The position numbers were made by a program, and so were the translations under genes. 64,000 bases of DNA from Botryllus schlosseri (Eukaryota), in assembly GCA_051294905.1 (NCBI GenBank), contig CM119372.1, positions 21,082,001-21,146,000 of the forward strand, written 5' to 3'. Each line of letters starts with the position of its first letter. The stretch's first letter is position 1. This document shows positions 39,239 to 52,640 of this stretch, one piece after another. The notes beneath the pieces were generated by a model. That model was not told the origin of the DNA. It saw only the letters and a program-made list of their open reading frames with translations, and ran no database searches.

Positions 39239-42097
39239 CAGACTGCGTAGGTCGAATTTCGCAGTTGCGGTTATATGCGATTGTGAATTGATAATGTGGT
39301 ATTGATCAAGGCTCGATTGCTCACCCGTACGTCGAGCACATATATTCTACCTCTCAATGCTGCTCGCTACGTTTGCAGATAATGGGAGTAAATCTAGCAA
39401 GCAAGCCGTTGCAAGCTATGGCGACGTAACCATGTGCTTTCGATCGAAGTTCGATTGATCGCTCGACGCAATACACCTCGAGGTCGGCGCACGTGGGTGT
39501 CAACTGACCAGCAATCTTTCGTTGATGATGACGCTGTAGCTACCCACAAATATCATGTTAAATGACGTCCCACGGTGTGCGTCGGCCGTTATTTAAAAGT
39601 CTAGTATTATTAGGACTTGGCGACGTTGGACAGCGTTGGCGCAAATTCCAGCCACCGCGAAATGTAGAACAGGTTCCTAGTGCACACCACTTGAATGCGA
39701 AACATCCATATTAAATGGGTAAAGCAAGGAAGTAGAGCGTACTGAAAAACATACCAATTTTGGTATCCGACTGTGCCAGCGTAATTGTCAGAGCGATGAT
39801 ATCACTTCTCTAGTACATTCCGAGATTCCCGCGCTGTAAGACGAGTACTTAGCGCTGAGTACACTTCCGGACCGGTATGATATTGCATGGCTTGATGAAT
39901 CGTTGGGTGCATTGCACAACAGCTGCGTTGTCGAATATTCCTTACCGATCTTGACCAGTCTAATTACAAGTCTATGTGCTACTAACCATTATCCTTATGC
40001 TGGATATCGCAGTATAAAAATGTGTCTCGTGATGGAATCCCGGGTGTATGGAGATTGGTAGCGCGTTATGTATCTTGCCGGAATATTTGAGCTGCGCTGG
40101 CATATTTGCTCACCTTATCAGTATGTAACAAAAGTAGGTATTCGTGTTGCGGAAAGACCAACAGCCAGCTTCGTAACGTGTATAGTATGCAATGTGTGTA
40201 TACGTTCGATGCAGTGATGAGATTATCGGCTTTGCCAACAATCTAGATAAATTCTGGTAGGTTTGCTCTTGGGAGATATCAAATCTTCAGTGTGTAATAA
40301 TGGCGTCTTGTGGTAAGCCTTAGCCCTGGTTTAGATTTCTGTAGTTCAGCGTCTCGCCGGTGCGGCTTACATCGGCTTTTGTGCTTTGTTATGCCTATAC
40401 TATACGCTGGCTTGGTCCTGCATTGCGATGTAGGCTAATTGTAAAGTATCTTGGCCCGTTTTACGGCGGGTGCACGAGCCGTTATAATCTCGGTTGAGAG
40501 CATGACCGCTAATATCGATGGAATATCCAATGCGCAGCGCTCCGGTTCAGAGAATGAATATGAATAATCTCAACTCTTCACTGTCGAGTATTGAATAGGA
40601 ACTGAAGCACATTTAAAACCGGTAGGCTTAGCTAAATTGCAACGTCCGTGGCATTTCGAATGAACTAGTTCTAAGTATAGGGACAACAATGCGTAATACG
40701 TATCTGCATTATCACCGTGCGTCCGACCGTAGAATATATGAGAATGTAACAGCCAAAGCGTTCGTTGCGTGGAATGTCGTTGCAGCGCGGTTTTTCGTTG
40801 GGAATTGTCTCGTCGTAGCTGGGAAATCATGTCATTACGCTTTTAGTGTATAATTAGTTGATTACCATACTTTTTACCGTATATATATTCCGTACTGATG
40901 TTTTACACTTAGGTTAAGCTCGTTATAATTCGTGTCGAGTCCTTATGGTATGTATGAATCGGGTGCTACTTGATGAAATTGAGGGGCGTCGCAGGGGGCG
41001 TGACTTTAAAGCTCTCGATGGCGTTTCGAAAATTCTCTTTCGTTAATTGCGAGCATTACGACTATGCATACCATAAACTTATGGATACAACCGTTACCTT
41101 CACCACACCGACCTAAGATCTTTTGAATTCCGTCTCTGAAAATGGTGCCGCTCACGGTAATGCGCGTGCCGCGTTGTTCGTGTCGAAGGGCGTTGTCAGG
41201 GGGTGTGGCCTACGGGAGTTCACGTATATCGCAGCGAAGTTACTCCCCTTCTAATTACGAGATGTATAGTATTCCGATGTGTGAACTACATCCAGTTCAA
41301 TTGTCACGTGTTTCGCCGATTGGCGAGTGTGTAATAGTTGAGTGTACCGAGAGTTTGCAGCAGCGCTTGAGCGAGCATGATGACAGTAATTTCGTCACTA
41401 AGTGAAATGAATGAACTGAGATTGAGGGTTACTCCCTGAGTTGTGAATAAAGCGGTAGTTTACATATTAGTGTAGGTGGCGCTTTCAACATGTCACACAC
41501 TTTCAGTTTAGGAATATCGTATGGCATATTACAGATTCCTGTAGGCCCATATTGAGATAATTCTGACTAATGTTGGCGTGAAGTATTGCTGAGAAGAAAA
41601 GATACAATTACAAAGGGTAGAATTGAGCCTCTGCCTCAGTATTGAAATTTTCTATAAATAGAATTCTATGTCACATGTTATTCTATTACTATCTGAAATA
41701 TTCGGTAGCCCTTTATTCTTTTTTATGTAGTCATTTGTGGTCAAGGATAGATCTTGCATCAAGAGTGTGATTAATCAAAAGATTTTTGAACAGTAGCATC
41801 CTGTTTTCCTGTTGCTATCGTAAAGATAGGCATAGGCCTGCTTTTTATTGTTGTTGCTCGTTATATGCAAGTTATTGCTGTTGTAAAACTTCATCAACTG
41901 GTTAACATGCGGTAATCTTAGAAGAACACATAGGCCTATAGCTTTCACTTTCTGTGTTTCCTCAAACTGTGATACATTCCTACTTTGATATATGAAACTA
42001 CATAAGATAGAGGGAGGGGATGAAAGATGAAAAAATTGGTCGTTCTGCTGTGCTAGTTCTGTAATCGTTACCATCCTGGTTTCTGAATAATTCAGTC

Positions 42098-42117
42098 TAC
42101 TAACTACTTGTTTTCAG
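42098..42117 (+). promoter_or_regulatory. Branch point TACTAAC and 3' splice acceptor TTGTTTTCAG upstream of the PTEN coding exon
   Basis: Consensus branch point 42098-42104 and AG at 42116-42117, 70 nt before the ATG. Confidence 0.75.
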
Positions 42118-42186
42118 ATCCATAGCCAAATTGTCAGTTATACATATTTTTCTTGTAACAATTGGAAATTGGGCCAAGGATCCCTG

Positions 42187-43416
42187 ATGTCAAGTACCAT
42201 AAAGTCTATGGTCAGTAAACAGAAAAGGCGGTACAAAGAAGATGGTTTTGATCTCGATTTAACATACATATGCCCAAACATCTTGGCCATGGGATTTCCC
42301 GCTGAGAAAGTGGAGGGACTATACAGAAACAACATTGACGATGTCGTAGAGTTTCTGGATTCGAAGCACGGAGAACATTACAAAGTGTACAATCTCTGCT
42401 CAGAGAGAACGTACGATCCAGATAAGTTCCAACAACGTGTCGCCGTGTTTCCGTTTGATGACCACAACCCTCCAAAGTTTGAATTAATCAAGCCGTTTTG
42501 TGTCGACATGGACAGCTGGCTGGGGAAGGATAAAAAGAACATAGCTGCTGTACACTGCAAAGCTGGCAAAGGCCGCACTGGAGTGATGATTTGTTGCTAC
42601 TTGCTGCATAGGAAAAAATTCACGAAAGCCAGCGAGGCTCTGAAATTTTACGGACAGGCCCGTACGATGAACGAAAAAGGTGTCACCATACCTTCCCAGA
42701 GACGATATGTAGAGTATTATTCCGAAATGATTTCGAAAAATCTTGTGTACAGACCAGAGACGCTACTACTACACAGCATACGTTTCGAAACGTTACCCTA
42801 TTTAGGTACCTTGAACCCGTTTTTTGTTATTAGTCAACTCAAGGTGAAGGTTTACACTTCACGCGCCAACATCGTTAACAAATCGATGGAAGGCTCGTTA
42901 ACCTTTGACCTTGTGAATCCCTTCCCGCTTTGCGGCGACATGAAAGTGGAGTTTTTTAACCGCAAACAGGTGGTCGGGAAGGACAAATTGTTCCATTTCT
43001 GGTTCAACACGTTTTTTGTAGCTGCCATGCGAAGCACGCCCGGAGCGTACGCAATAAGAGACGCCAGCTCTTATTATTCTTGCGGGCACTTGCCGACAGC
43101 GAAAAACATGCTCACTCTGACCATTCCCAAAAGCGAGCTCGACAAGGCGAACAAAGACCGGTCAAATAAAATTTTTTCTCCCAATTTCAAAGTCAGCCTG
43201 ATCTTCAGCCGGACGGATTCCAACGGCAAAGGCTCTAAAAGGGGGTCGAACCCAGCGCGGGCATCGCGAATCCCTCACAGTCAATCGACGCTTAGCGTCG
43301 ATGGTATATCCACGCACTCAGCGTCTGACCACGAGGAACTGACCGATGACGCGTCATTAAGTGATACTGACCCAGAGGACGAATGGGATCACGAAAGCGA
43401 CAGCACTGACCTGTAG
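42187..43416 (+). CDS. PTEN: Phosphatidylinositol 3,4,5-trisphosphate 3-phosphatase PTEN (409 aa, single coding exon)
   Basis: N-terminal [33 protein letters not shown] loop, catalytic [20 protein letters not shown]2 domain ([35 protein letters not shown]), acidic Ser/Thr tail ending in -TDL. The ATG at 42187 is preferred over the TTG at 42169. Confidence 0.98.
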   Translation: MSSTIKSMVSKQKRRYKEDGFDLDLTYICPNILAMGFPAEKVEGLYRNNIDDVVEFLDSKHGEHYKVYNLCSERTYDPDKFQQRVAVFPFDDHNPPKFELIKPFCVDMDSWLGKDKKNIAAVHCKAGKGRTGVMICCYLLHRKKFTKASEALKFYGQARTMNEKGVTIPSQRRYVEYYSEMISKNLVYRPETLLLHSIRFETLPYLGTLNPFFVISQLKVKVYTSRANIVNKSMEGSLTFDLVNPFPLCGDMKVEFFNRKQVVGKDKLFHFWFNTFFVAAMRSTPGAYAIRDASSYYSCGHLPTAKNMLTLTIPKSELDKANKDRSNKIFSPNFKVSLIFSRTDSNGKGSKRGSNPARASRIPHSQSTLSVDGISTHSASDHEELTDDASLSDTDPEDEWDHESDSTDL

Positions 43417-43918
43417 TCACGGACGCGCTGCTTTCATCCTGACTTGAAGTTCTGTCAAAGACGCTGTCTATCCGGTACAGACGGTGCTGGCCGACATTGA
43501 AACGGCAAACCTGCCTTTGCTGGGATCCGGATATACTGCTACTGTATAATACTATTTGTAGGTCGCCTGCCGACCGTGACCTCCGAAGTCGGATTTTACA
43601 AGCTGTCTTTGTACAGACTGCGAACGTGGCATCAGGTGGTCGCGTAGCGCGCTGCGGGTTGTTCCGTGTGAAAGCGCGCCGGCGGTCCGATCCATCGTCT
43701 TTCAATTCTTACTATTTACACGGATAAATCTAAATTGAGTTGTTTTATTTATAAATGGTAACCTCGGCTGTTGCTATCAAGGGGGTTTTATTAACGTATC
43801 TTCGTGCCGATGACATTGGTTGATGCACAGATATTTTCAACGCGACTATTCTGTATTGAATGTATTCGGCTGCTGATGTGTGCTCAGGGCCACTGTATGC
43901 TAGTGTGTCTTGTTAAAG

Positions 43919-44141
43919 CAGTGGTTTTCAACCTGAGCGCCGTGACCCCCGAGAAGGGTACTTTGCCTTTTTTTCTGGGGATCGTGAAAGAGCTGACTCT
44001 TAGTAATCTGCTTACCAAACGGACCATTAGTAGGTCAAAGTGAAAGTGCTGACAAATCAGCTAACCAAATTTAGAAGTTGGTCACGGATCATTTTCAAAT
44101 CGTAAATGGGGGGGGGGGCATGAAAAGGTTGGGAATCACTG
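43919..44141. mobile_element. Short hAT-type MITE downstream of PTEN
   Basis: Imperfect TIR CAGTGGTTTTCAACCT / AGGTTGGGAATCACTG. Flanks TGTTAAAG / TGTTATCC (partial match). Confidence 0.65.
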
Positions 44142-45689
44142 TGTTATCCAATCACTCCGACAAGCGTCTATGGTCTAGGACAGAATCCTATTGTTTGACG
44201 TAGTCGGTCATGTGCAATTTTAGGGCATTTGTTTTCGATGTAGGACTCTGGTGATTAATCGTGTACTGTCGTCAGGTTCAATGTGAGTTCCGAGTGTGAA
44301 TGAGCTGAAGCATCGTTAAAAGTTGGAGCAATTATGAAATTCAATTGCTCAAGCACTGGTGCTGTATTGAGTTTTCAGATCAAAAATAGTGGAGTCAACG
44401 ATAATCGACAGATGCCGCATTCTTTTCTATCATGTTATTCGGTGGTACTCAATGACCTATTCTGTCTGTCTCCGTAGAAATGTTTGTGCATCTTACCTTG
44501 CGTTGGAATTAACGGTATTACTTGCCAGTTCTCATCGATGTTATACCGATATTTACATAGAATAATTTTTGTTCAAAAGCTGCAATGGTATGTATGTTGA
44601 CTCGGGTGGTTGAACTATGCAAGGACACTGATTCGGTTTTTAGAGGTGGCAGAAAGTGCGGCACTCGAATTGGAAGGCATGTGTTTTTTAGTCTGATTCG
44701 TTGTTCGTGAAACGCAATTGCCCGGCAATAACGCATGCTGTATCGTCCTCTTGATGTTGCACTTCCAGTATGTAATGAGTAAACCAAGTTGTCAGATTCA
44801 TCCTTTTCACGTCAGCTCTGTTGAACCGTTTCGTTTCACGAAGTTTTACGACATCAGCGATCCGGTTAGCGTTACTTGTTACTGTGAATGACCTTTTATA
44901 ACGGAACCGGAATACCGTATATGACATTAGTGATAGAATCGGCTGACAAATGTGAATCCGAGCACTGTGTATACCACCAAGACTTCATGCCTACATGTCC
45001 TGCACTAACGTCCAGTTAATCAGAATTAAAATTACTTTATTACTCGCATCTTATCTTAGACATCTCCGAATTGGTCGCCGGTTCACCTTGCGTAAGCATT
45101 TCTGTGATTCAAATGGCGATGACCGCTGCACTGTCCAAATACAACGATTCCGCTTCTGTAGCCACTGGGGATGGTGCGAATGCGAACGTGTGAGGTTCAC
45201 GATCGCGTTCTGTGTATGAACCTCGGAAATTTGGAAGTTCGCGTTCGCAAACGAACCTTGGTAGGTTCTACACTACACCAGGAGTCGCCAACTCAAAGCG
45301 GGCTGCGGGCCACTTTTCGAATTTCATAGAGGCCACAACATCGCAATATCGAGACAAAATAGGTCACAATTATACGTCAATACGACGCTGTGCTCTCTGA
45401 CATGGGTGACGGGTATAGTTACCACAGAAGAAGTAATATTTGATTTAAGAAAGACAACAAAACCATCATGATCATCAATTTTGTTTTGAACTGCCCACGA
45501 TACCTGACAACGCTTTTCGGCGACTAAGAAATCGATATTATGGCCAGCGAGACACGGTACTAGCTGAATTACTATCTTGTGGAGAAGCCCTATGCCGATT
45601 TTTAAGCGTCTCGGTCGCGGCAGCGTCTGGGATATTGCACGTCAAGGCATTATGCCCAGCGAATTCATATCGGTTGCCTTCGGAGTTGT

Positions 45690-46210
45690 AATGATTCGAG
45701 TCATTTTCTCAAAATACGTCAAGACATTATGCCCATCCCATTCATATCAGTAGCTTTCGGAGTTGTAATGAGTCGAGTCGCGATTTTCTGGTGACTCGAG
45801 TCAATCTGTGTGCTGACTCGACTTGGACTCGAGTCATTAAGCATGACGCTAGCCAAGTCATATGACTCGAGGCTAAAACGGCCAAGACCGACATTTCATT
45901 GTAATTTGGGAGAATAGTAAAGTAGCCACATCATTAGGATTCGTCTATTGGTACTGGTACTTGAAAATAAGACCAGAAACTGCTGAAAGTGAGTAAAATC
46001 GGTATAATATAATTGCGACCGTTCGATATCAACAAACAGAGTTATGAAAGTGGCTACGCTACAACAGGACTTCAATTGGAATCTGAGCAGTCAACACAAT
46101 GACTTTTAGACTCTGATTCGGCCCTCTGCACGCTGACTTGGACTCGGACTTGACTTGTGATGAAATGAAAATGAGTCAAAACTATAAAAGTGAGATTGAC
46201 ATGTGACTCG
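45690..46210. repeat. Eroded GACTCGAGTC-family MITE
   Basis: Clusters of GACTCGAGTC/GACTTGGACTC motifs like those in 20466-21397. No intact TIR or TSD found. Confidence 0.55.
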
Positions 46211-46354
46211 GAACCTTGAAACTTGGTTACAACCCCGGCATATTTGGTTGTATTAAGGCAGTGGTTCCCAACCGGGAGGGGGGAATTTTGAAATTTTTAG
46301 GGAGGAATCTGGCTTGGGCGTCGAATCGGAAGATACACTGGGTTCGAAATGTGT

Positions 46355-46379
46355 GATGAGATAGCGTAGTGGTAAACTC
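46355..46379 (+). mobile_element. tRNA-derived SINE, 5' piece (A box)
   Basis: TAGCGTAGTGG A box at 46362-46372. Continues at 63702 once the hAT insertion is removed. Confidence 0.7.
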
Positions 46380-46679
46380 TAGCGTTGGGATCCCGGGTTT
46401 TAAAGCAATCCCGATCCCGGGATTAATCACAATGTAATCCCGGGATTCGTAAACAGCATCTATCAAGGCTTACGTCGCGCCATATCTCATATTTTGGTAA
46501 TAAAGCAGTGTCACAAACTCGTCTGATTGTCTAAAACAATTCACAATTATGTGATAATAACAGTACGGCATAATAAGGAACTACACAATCCCTTCCGTCG
46601 TAATCTACGGATCGTAGCAGTGTAACTGCGTATCGGAGCGTTACAAATACGGTCCTGTGGAGAACTACTGGTCGGGATA

Positions 46680-46966
46680 GATGCGAATTTCGAAGATGTC
46701 AGTGCGAAGAGAAAATCCCATGTGTGGCAAAACTTTTTGTTTTGTAAATCTACAGAACAAGCCGAATGCAACTTGTGTCAAGACGTTTTGAAAGCTTCAG
46801 GGTCTATTACAAAGGGACTGAGTCCGTACGCATGAAAGTAATCATATCATGCATTACTCAATCTGACACGTCAAAGAAAGATCAGCCAAAAATGAAGACT
46901 AGGAAGATCGATTCCTTTCATAAATCGCATAAACCTCGCCTCGATGAAGTTCTTAACCAGTTAACT
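46680..46966 (+). pseudogene. hAT transposase remnant, N-terminal BED zinc finger
   Basis: KSHVWQNF..CKSTEQAECNLCQDVLKASGSITKGL (BED pattern S.VW..F...A.C..C...L...GS.T..L), then ...KPRLDEVLNQLT after a frameshift. Confidence 0.8.
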
Positions 46967-47019
46967 CAATGGTAGTAGTGTAGTATATCGCACAACCGGT
47001 GGCAGAGGTTCTTATGGGC

Positions 47020-47595
47020 GGGGTGGTGACTCGTATTGAAACCCGGGGTGGTGACTCGTACTTTCAGACCCCCCTTGTGGTGGTGAGTCGTAATGGGTTC
47101 TTATGGACGCGGTCGTGATTCGTACTTTCGGGTATAGGCTGCGGCGGTGACTCGTATTGAAAACCGTCGTGGTCGTGATTCGTACTTTTGGGTATAGGCT
47201 GTGGCGGTAACTCGTATTGAAAACTCGGGGTCGTGATTCGTACTTTTTGCTATAGGTGGTGGCGGTGATTCGCCTGTCATGTATTCTTACAGGGTCTCTA
47301 CTGATTCACCATGTGTTCTTACGGGCGTGTGTTCGTGAGTCGTATTTTCAGGTATAGGCTGCGTTGGTGATTCGTACTTTTGGGTATAGGCGGCAGCGGC
47401 ATACTAACGTGAAACTCGTGGTGGCATGCTAATGTTTTTAGGTATACGCGCGGCGACATGCTAACGACGATAATGTGTCTGTCATGTATTCTTACAGGGT
47501 CTCTGCTGATTCACCATGTGTTCTTATGGGTGCGGTCGTGAATCGTACTTTTAGGTATAGACATCTCTCGCATATCATACTTTCGGGTATAGGCA
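47020..47595. repeat. Subterminal motif array (GTGA(C/T)TCGTA(C/T)TT, GGGTATAGGC), mirrored at ~61365-61945
   Basis: More than ten iterations of GTGAYTCGTA, plus a ~50-bp duplication (47274-47322 / 47478-47527). Confidence 0.85.
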
Positions 47596-50500
47596 TCACT
47601 AAACAGGAAATTCACTAATCCGCAGTGCATTGTGCGATTTTGAAAACCAGATGTTGACGGTTGTATTTTGGATCTGTGTGACCCACTAAATACGTCCGTT
47701 TTGGAAATTCGGAGCGCGCACTATCGTATCGATTATTCCACTAATCCAGTCGGTGCTATTACATTCAGCAGTATTCAGTATTCAGCAGCGACACGAAAAG
47801 CAAGCAACAAATAACCGCGCTCGTAAATTAACACTTCAAAAAGTGTAAAATAGATTGCAAATCCCGCGATCGCTAACAAGATAATGTCTCGGACATAACC
47901 ATTTTTAGTGACTTGGTGTTAAAGACATACCGATCACTCACAAGGTAATATTTCGGTAATTAGTCTACCACAGAGCCGGCGTAGACGGTGATTCGAAAAC
48001 CAACAATTTGACACTTTCTGGTGGTCGCTATATGTTTTGACACTTCGAACAGTGGCTGACTTTAGTTGCGTGATAAGAATTATGAGAATATTCAATCAAT
48101 GTATCAATTTGCCAACTCGAAATGAAACTTACTACACAAACCAAGTTGATTCGTATCTGAATGTGTTAATTCGGTACAATTCTAATAGTTTTGAGAAATC
48201 TTTTCGTGATCTTTTGACTCGACCATAACCCGAATATTACTGACGCCGACTTTCAGCCACATCGAATTATTCGCACATTCCGCGCCGCTGTTTTCACACT
48301 TATAGAATCAATACCAACTATAATTCTACAAGAATCAAGAATCACAAGTATGTGCATTATACAGTTATTGTCTTTATCAACATGAAATCGAACTCTTAAT
48401 AAAAACACGCATGTTATCACTCGTCAACTCTATCATGAAAATCCTCGAGTCCTTATCATCAAAAATGTTATAGCGCGGCGTCGGAATCCATTCGTGGGAT
48501 GTACTAAAGGTAAATCCAGATAATCCAAAATGAAATATTTGGACTTTGACATAGTCTGAATTGAAATATATTGACAAACATGACTACCAACTTTGATCCA
48601 GTCACATTTCAAGATCATACTTTGAAACAATCCTTGAAACTTACAACTCTATTCGCGACTGAGTTTTCCTTTTATCAGTTTCAGTAAATACTATCGCGAT
48701 ATTTTAATGTGTTACTACACACAATAGAATCAATCAATGAAATAACACCTGTTGTAAATATTTCTAACTTGACAACCACTTGTGCATACCGCGATCGACT
48801 TGTGATGCGATGAGTTAAATCGGAATATTTCAATCTATTTGTCGAAACCTTGAACAAACTATCAGGTTATTTTTTGTTGCAATCGAGTGAACGGAAATAG
48901 TATTACGTCTCAACATTTCAACATCTTCCCATACACAAAAGAGTAAAATACAAAAAACCTTGTCAAGTCAATCCGTTTGTAACTTACCAAACCAAAACAA
49001 AAAGTATCCTTACGAAAAGTAGACAAGACTACGCAAGTAATCACTACAACCAACAAACATATCAAGTTCGGTTTTAGGTATATACCACCAATTCGTCTTA
49101 TTCGAATGTCAGCAACTCTTTACGGTCATAGTTACAACCACATAAACTAATTTACCCTGCCCACACGTCATGATCATTCCTGAAATCAACACAAACTCGA
49201 CCACTGACTTGAGTTAACCACAAAACTGCATCAAGTTTTTAATCCACTTGTAGCTGACAGATTATTCGAATACATCGATGGAGAATATTATTGAACTCGT
49301 CGGTATTGTTACTTCAACAAATTACACCGACTGCGAAAGTTAATATCGAATGGTAAGACTTGATCACATATTTGTTGAACACAGACATGACAAAGAACAT
49401 GATCGGGATTTTATAAACTATTACTTTTCCCATCTATCAATATCAGAATACAAGTCATCAAACTTTTTGTTAAATGTAACATAGCACTTTTGGAATCGGA
49501 TTCGTTATAGTCGTACAAATTGTATTAAACCCAACATCAAAACAAAAGGACTTTTTTAGTTCATTGAAATCAAATCATTCGTCTTCGACTTGTGCTTTTT
49601 TTAAATTGCCCGCGACAATTCGTTTCGAGTGAGTTGTAACCAAAGTCAAGATATCTTTGTGTCCACAGATATGGAAGATGAATATAGCTAACACAATCAC
49701 GAATCGACGTTTCAGAGTATTTCACAGATGTAATAAACTTGTTAGTGTCACCTATCTAAAAGTACGCACGCGTTCGATTTCCATACCGACTGTTGCGATG
49801 TTTAGGATTCACTTACAATAACCACGGGTGAGGATTTAACATCAACGTCGTTACTGGTGGTATTCACAACAGAGAATCGAAACATTACACAGTGTGAAAA
49901 TATATCTTTGATATCAAAGCATTATCCCAAGTACACGATTAATAGTCAACTCCGTTCACACTTTCTATAGAACGTGCTAAATGTAAAATATCACGAGGTT
50001 GCACTCTAAGACTTTGATCATTACAAAAGTAAATTGGAATATGTTTGCTGGATGCATTCAATTCAGCTAGAAATGTCTAGTGCACAACAATCGTAATATC
50101 AAGGAAGTACTTGCTATCACTAAACGTGTTTTGTATCGTTGTTCATTTGTAGTATTGATTGTTTTTGAACCCTAAAATAATAATTCCCGACATGAAACCA
50201 AGCCGCTGAAAGTCGTTACCATAACAAAGAAACAATTTGTACGATGTTTGGCAAATGTGTCCTATAGTTAGGTGTACTAGAATTATTTGTGTAACACATA
50301 CACCGACAATGCAATCGAATTTTTTTCCGTTGTCATTCGCTAAAGTAAATGTCATCACAATACTCTGTCACTAAAAGACGTTACTCGGACGTGCTTGAAT
50401 TCTAGGCATAGTTCTGATTTACCCAACACAAGACCCAAGGACAACCCTAGTTTCAGTCGAACACAGATATCCAAAATATCGCACACTTCGCGCAAACACC

Positions 50501-52077
50501 CGATACAAAATATTACTTGTGTTGTTGCGGTATCATCTTCACAATATCACACAATACGAATGATGGTTATATGTAACATGCGACCGACTTGAATCACACC
50601 CACCTGAAGGAAGAGGATTTACTCAATCTTTACAAAATGGATATTGACCAACATCACATCGCCGGATTGTATCTGTTTTGCTGGATACGAGTTATGTTAG
50701 TTTAACAGTAAACAAATTTCACCCTCTTGGATTATGAACTCAATGCGTTAGCAGTCATTCAATATTTTGTTTGTGTCAACTAGTTACTTGGTATGTTACT
50801 CCACAACTCTTACAAAAGTACGAAGGATATTAACATCACACTAAGTAATTAACTTTACTCGATATTCTCGCATTACGAAACTAAAGAATGGTTGGTTAGA
50901 CTCTATAAACTGTTTCGATATCACAAGACCTTTATTGTCTGAATGGGTGTTCACGTATCTTAATAATCAAATAGTTCAACACAGAACTAGTACTAACAGA
51001 AACATCAGAGTTGTTTACACAAAAGTTTGTATGTGTACAGTATGCGAATACCATGTGTAAGTCTAGCACAATTGCGGTATCCATCCGAGTTTAGTTAGTT
51101 AACACAAATTTATTACAACGGACCCACGTAAACTTTCGTGAAAGAAAAGCATACTCACTTCCGGATGGTTCTATCAATGCCATAACAATAAATCAGCTAC
51201 TCCAACAAAAGAGTACATATGTTTTCTAGTCGCGGTCCCTAAATCATACACACGAAACAATCTACTTTTGCTAACGAAAAGTGCTGAGTTATCACATAAT
51301 CACCCTCACAACAAAACAGCTAGTAGATATTATCATTCAAAATATTCCTAACCCTTTACACACCAGTGACAAATCATACAACGAATACACACCAGTGACA
51401 AATCATACAACGAATATGTTTTGTGGGTCGAATTGTTGTTCAGTGTCAAGTCTACCTGTTGAAACTTACATTAAAACAAGTCTACCTGTTGAAACTTACA
51501 TTAAAACAACACAGTCACAATTCAATTAAAACAACGAATCTATTTTCATTTCCTCACAAACAGAAAAATAAATTTTCTTTCCCCAACACATACTTGTAAC
51601 CAATCGCTTTCATTAAACACACAACTTCATAAAAGTATTTACTTTCTCCAACATAGACATTCCGATGTAGTCAAGAAATATTTTCATTAATCAAAATCTT
51701 CGACTTCTGTTTACGGTGTTAGTGTGTGCATGTCATACACGTGGGGCCCGTATTAAAATGGACACGACACAACTGAATGTAAGGAGATAGAAGTCTATCG
51801 CACAGATTTACATGCGGTCTTCGCTACGGTTTCAAAAAAAAAACGAATCATCTCTTTTGCATTGATCTAGACCGAGCAAGTTAGTTAATGGCCATGATTG
51901 TGTTTGTCATATGCGAATGATAGGGTTACTGTCAAATCTACATACAACAACCTTCTGGCACTCATAATAGCAATTTCATTCTCTCCCTTTGTAATTGTAG
52001 ACTCACGACAAGTATATTGTACAACTCGACAGCTACGTTTAACAACACCAACGACACTAAACATACGATACCTACCC

Positions 52078-52640
52078 AAGTAAAATTACCATTTTCACCT
52101 GGAGGTCAGTCGTTACCTGAGTAAAAACACCATTATTCTTTGGAGATTTAATCAGAGTAACAAAACATTTTCACTTGGGGGTCTATCGTTTCCAAGAGTA
52201 ACAAACCCCCTTTCCTTTGGAAATCTATTTTTCCCTGGGTAACAAACCTTTTTCACTTGCAAATATATTTCCCCCCCCGGGTAACAAACCTTTTTTCGCT
52301 TGGAAATATATTTTTTCCTTGAGCAACAGATCATTTTTACTTGGAAATATATTTTTTCCTTGAGCAACAGACCATTTTTACTTGGAAATATATTTTTCCC
52401 AGAGCAACAAACCATTTCACTCGGCGGGTCGTCGTTTACCCATTGTAACAAACCATTTTCACTTGGAAAAATACTTTTACCTAGAGTAACTAATCATTTT
52501 CTTTTGGAAATATATTTTCTCCCTGGGTAACAAATCCTTTTCGCTTGGAAAACTGTCATTTACCTGAGTACCAATACCGTTTTCACTTGGAAATCTATCT
52601 TTTCCCTAGGTAATAATACCATTTTCGTTTTGAAAACTGA
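52078..52640. repeat. ~41-bp degenerate tandem array, ~14 units (left arm)
   Basis: Consensus AACAAACCATTTTCACTTGGAAATATATTTTTCCCTGGGT recurring every 40-42 nt. Confidence 0.9.

Noticed and set aside
42169..42186. N-terminal extension of PTEN from TTG
   Set aside because: Homology starts at the ATG at 42187, and nothing in the sequence supports near-cognate initiation.
42138..43705. Antisense ORFs overlapping PTEN
   Set aside because: Shadow frames of a GC-richer coding region with no motifs.
47020..47595. CRISPR-like or coding repeat (mirror ORF 61683-61949)
   Set aside because: Irregularly spaced short motifs at a mobile-element end. The ORF is a by-product of the repeats.
52078..52640. 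CRISPR-like periodic array
   Set aside because: The units are contiguous degenerate tandem repeats with no unique spacers. No cas genes, and the context is eukaryotic.
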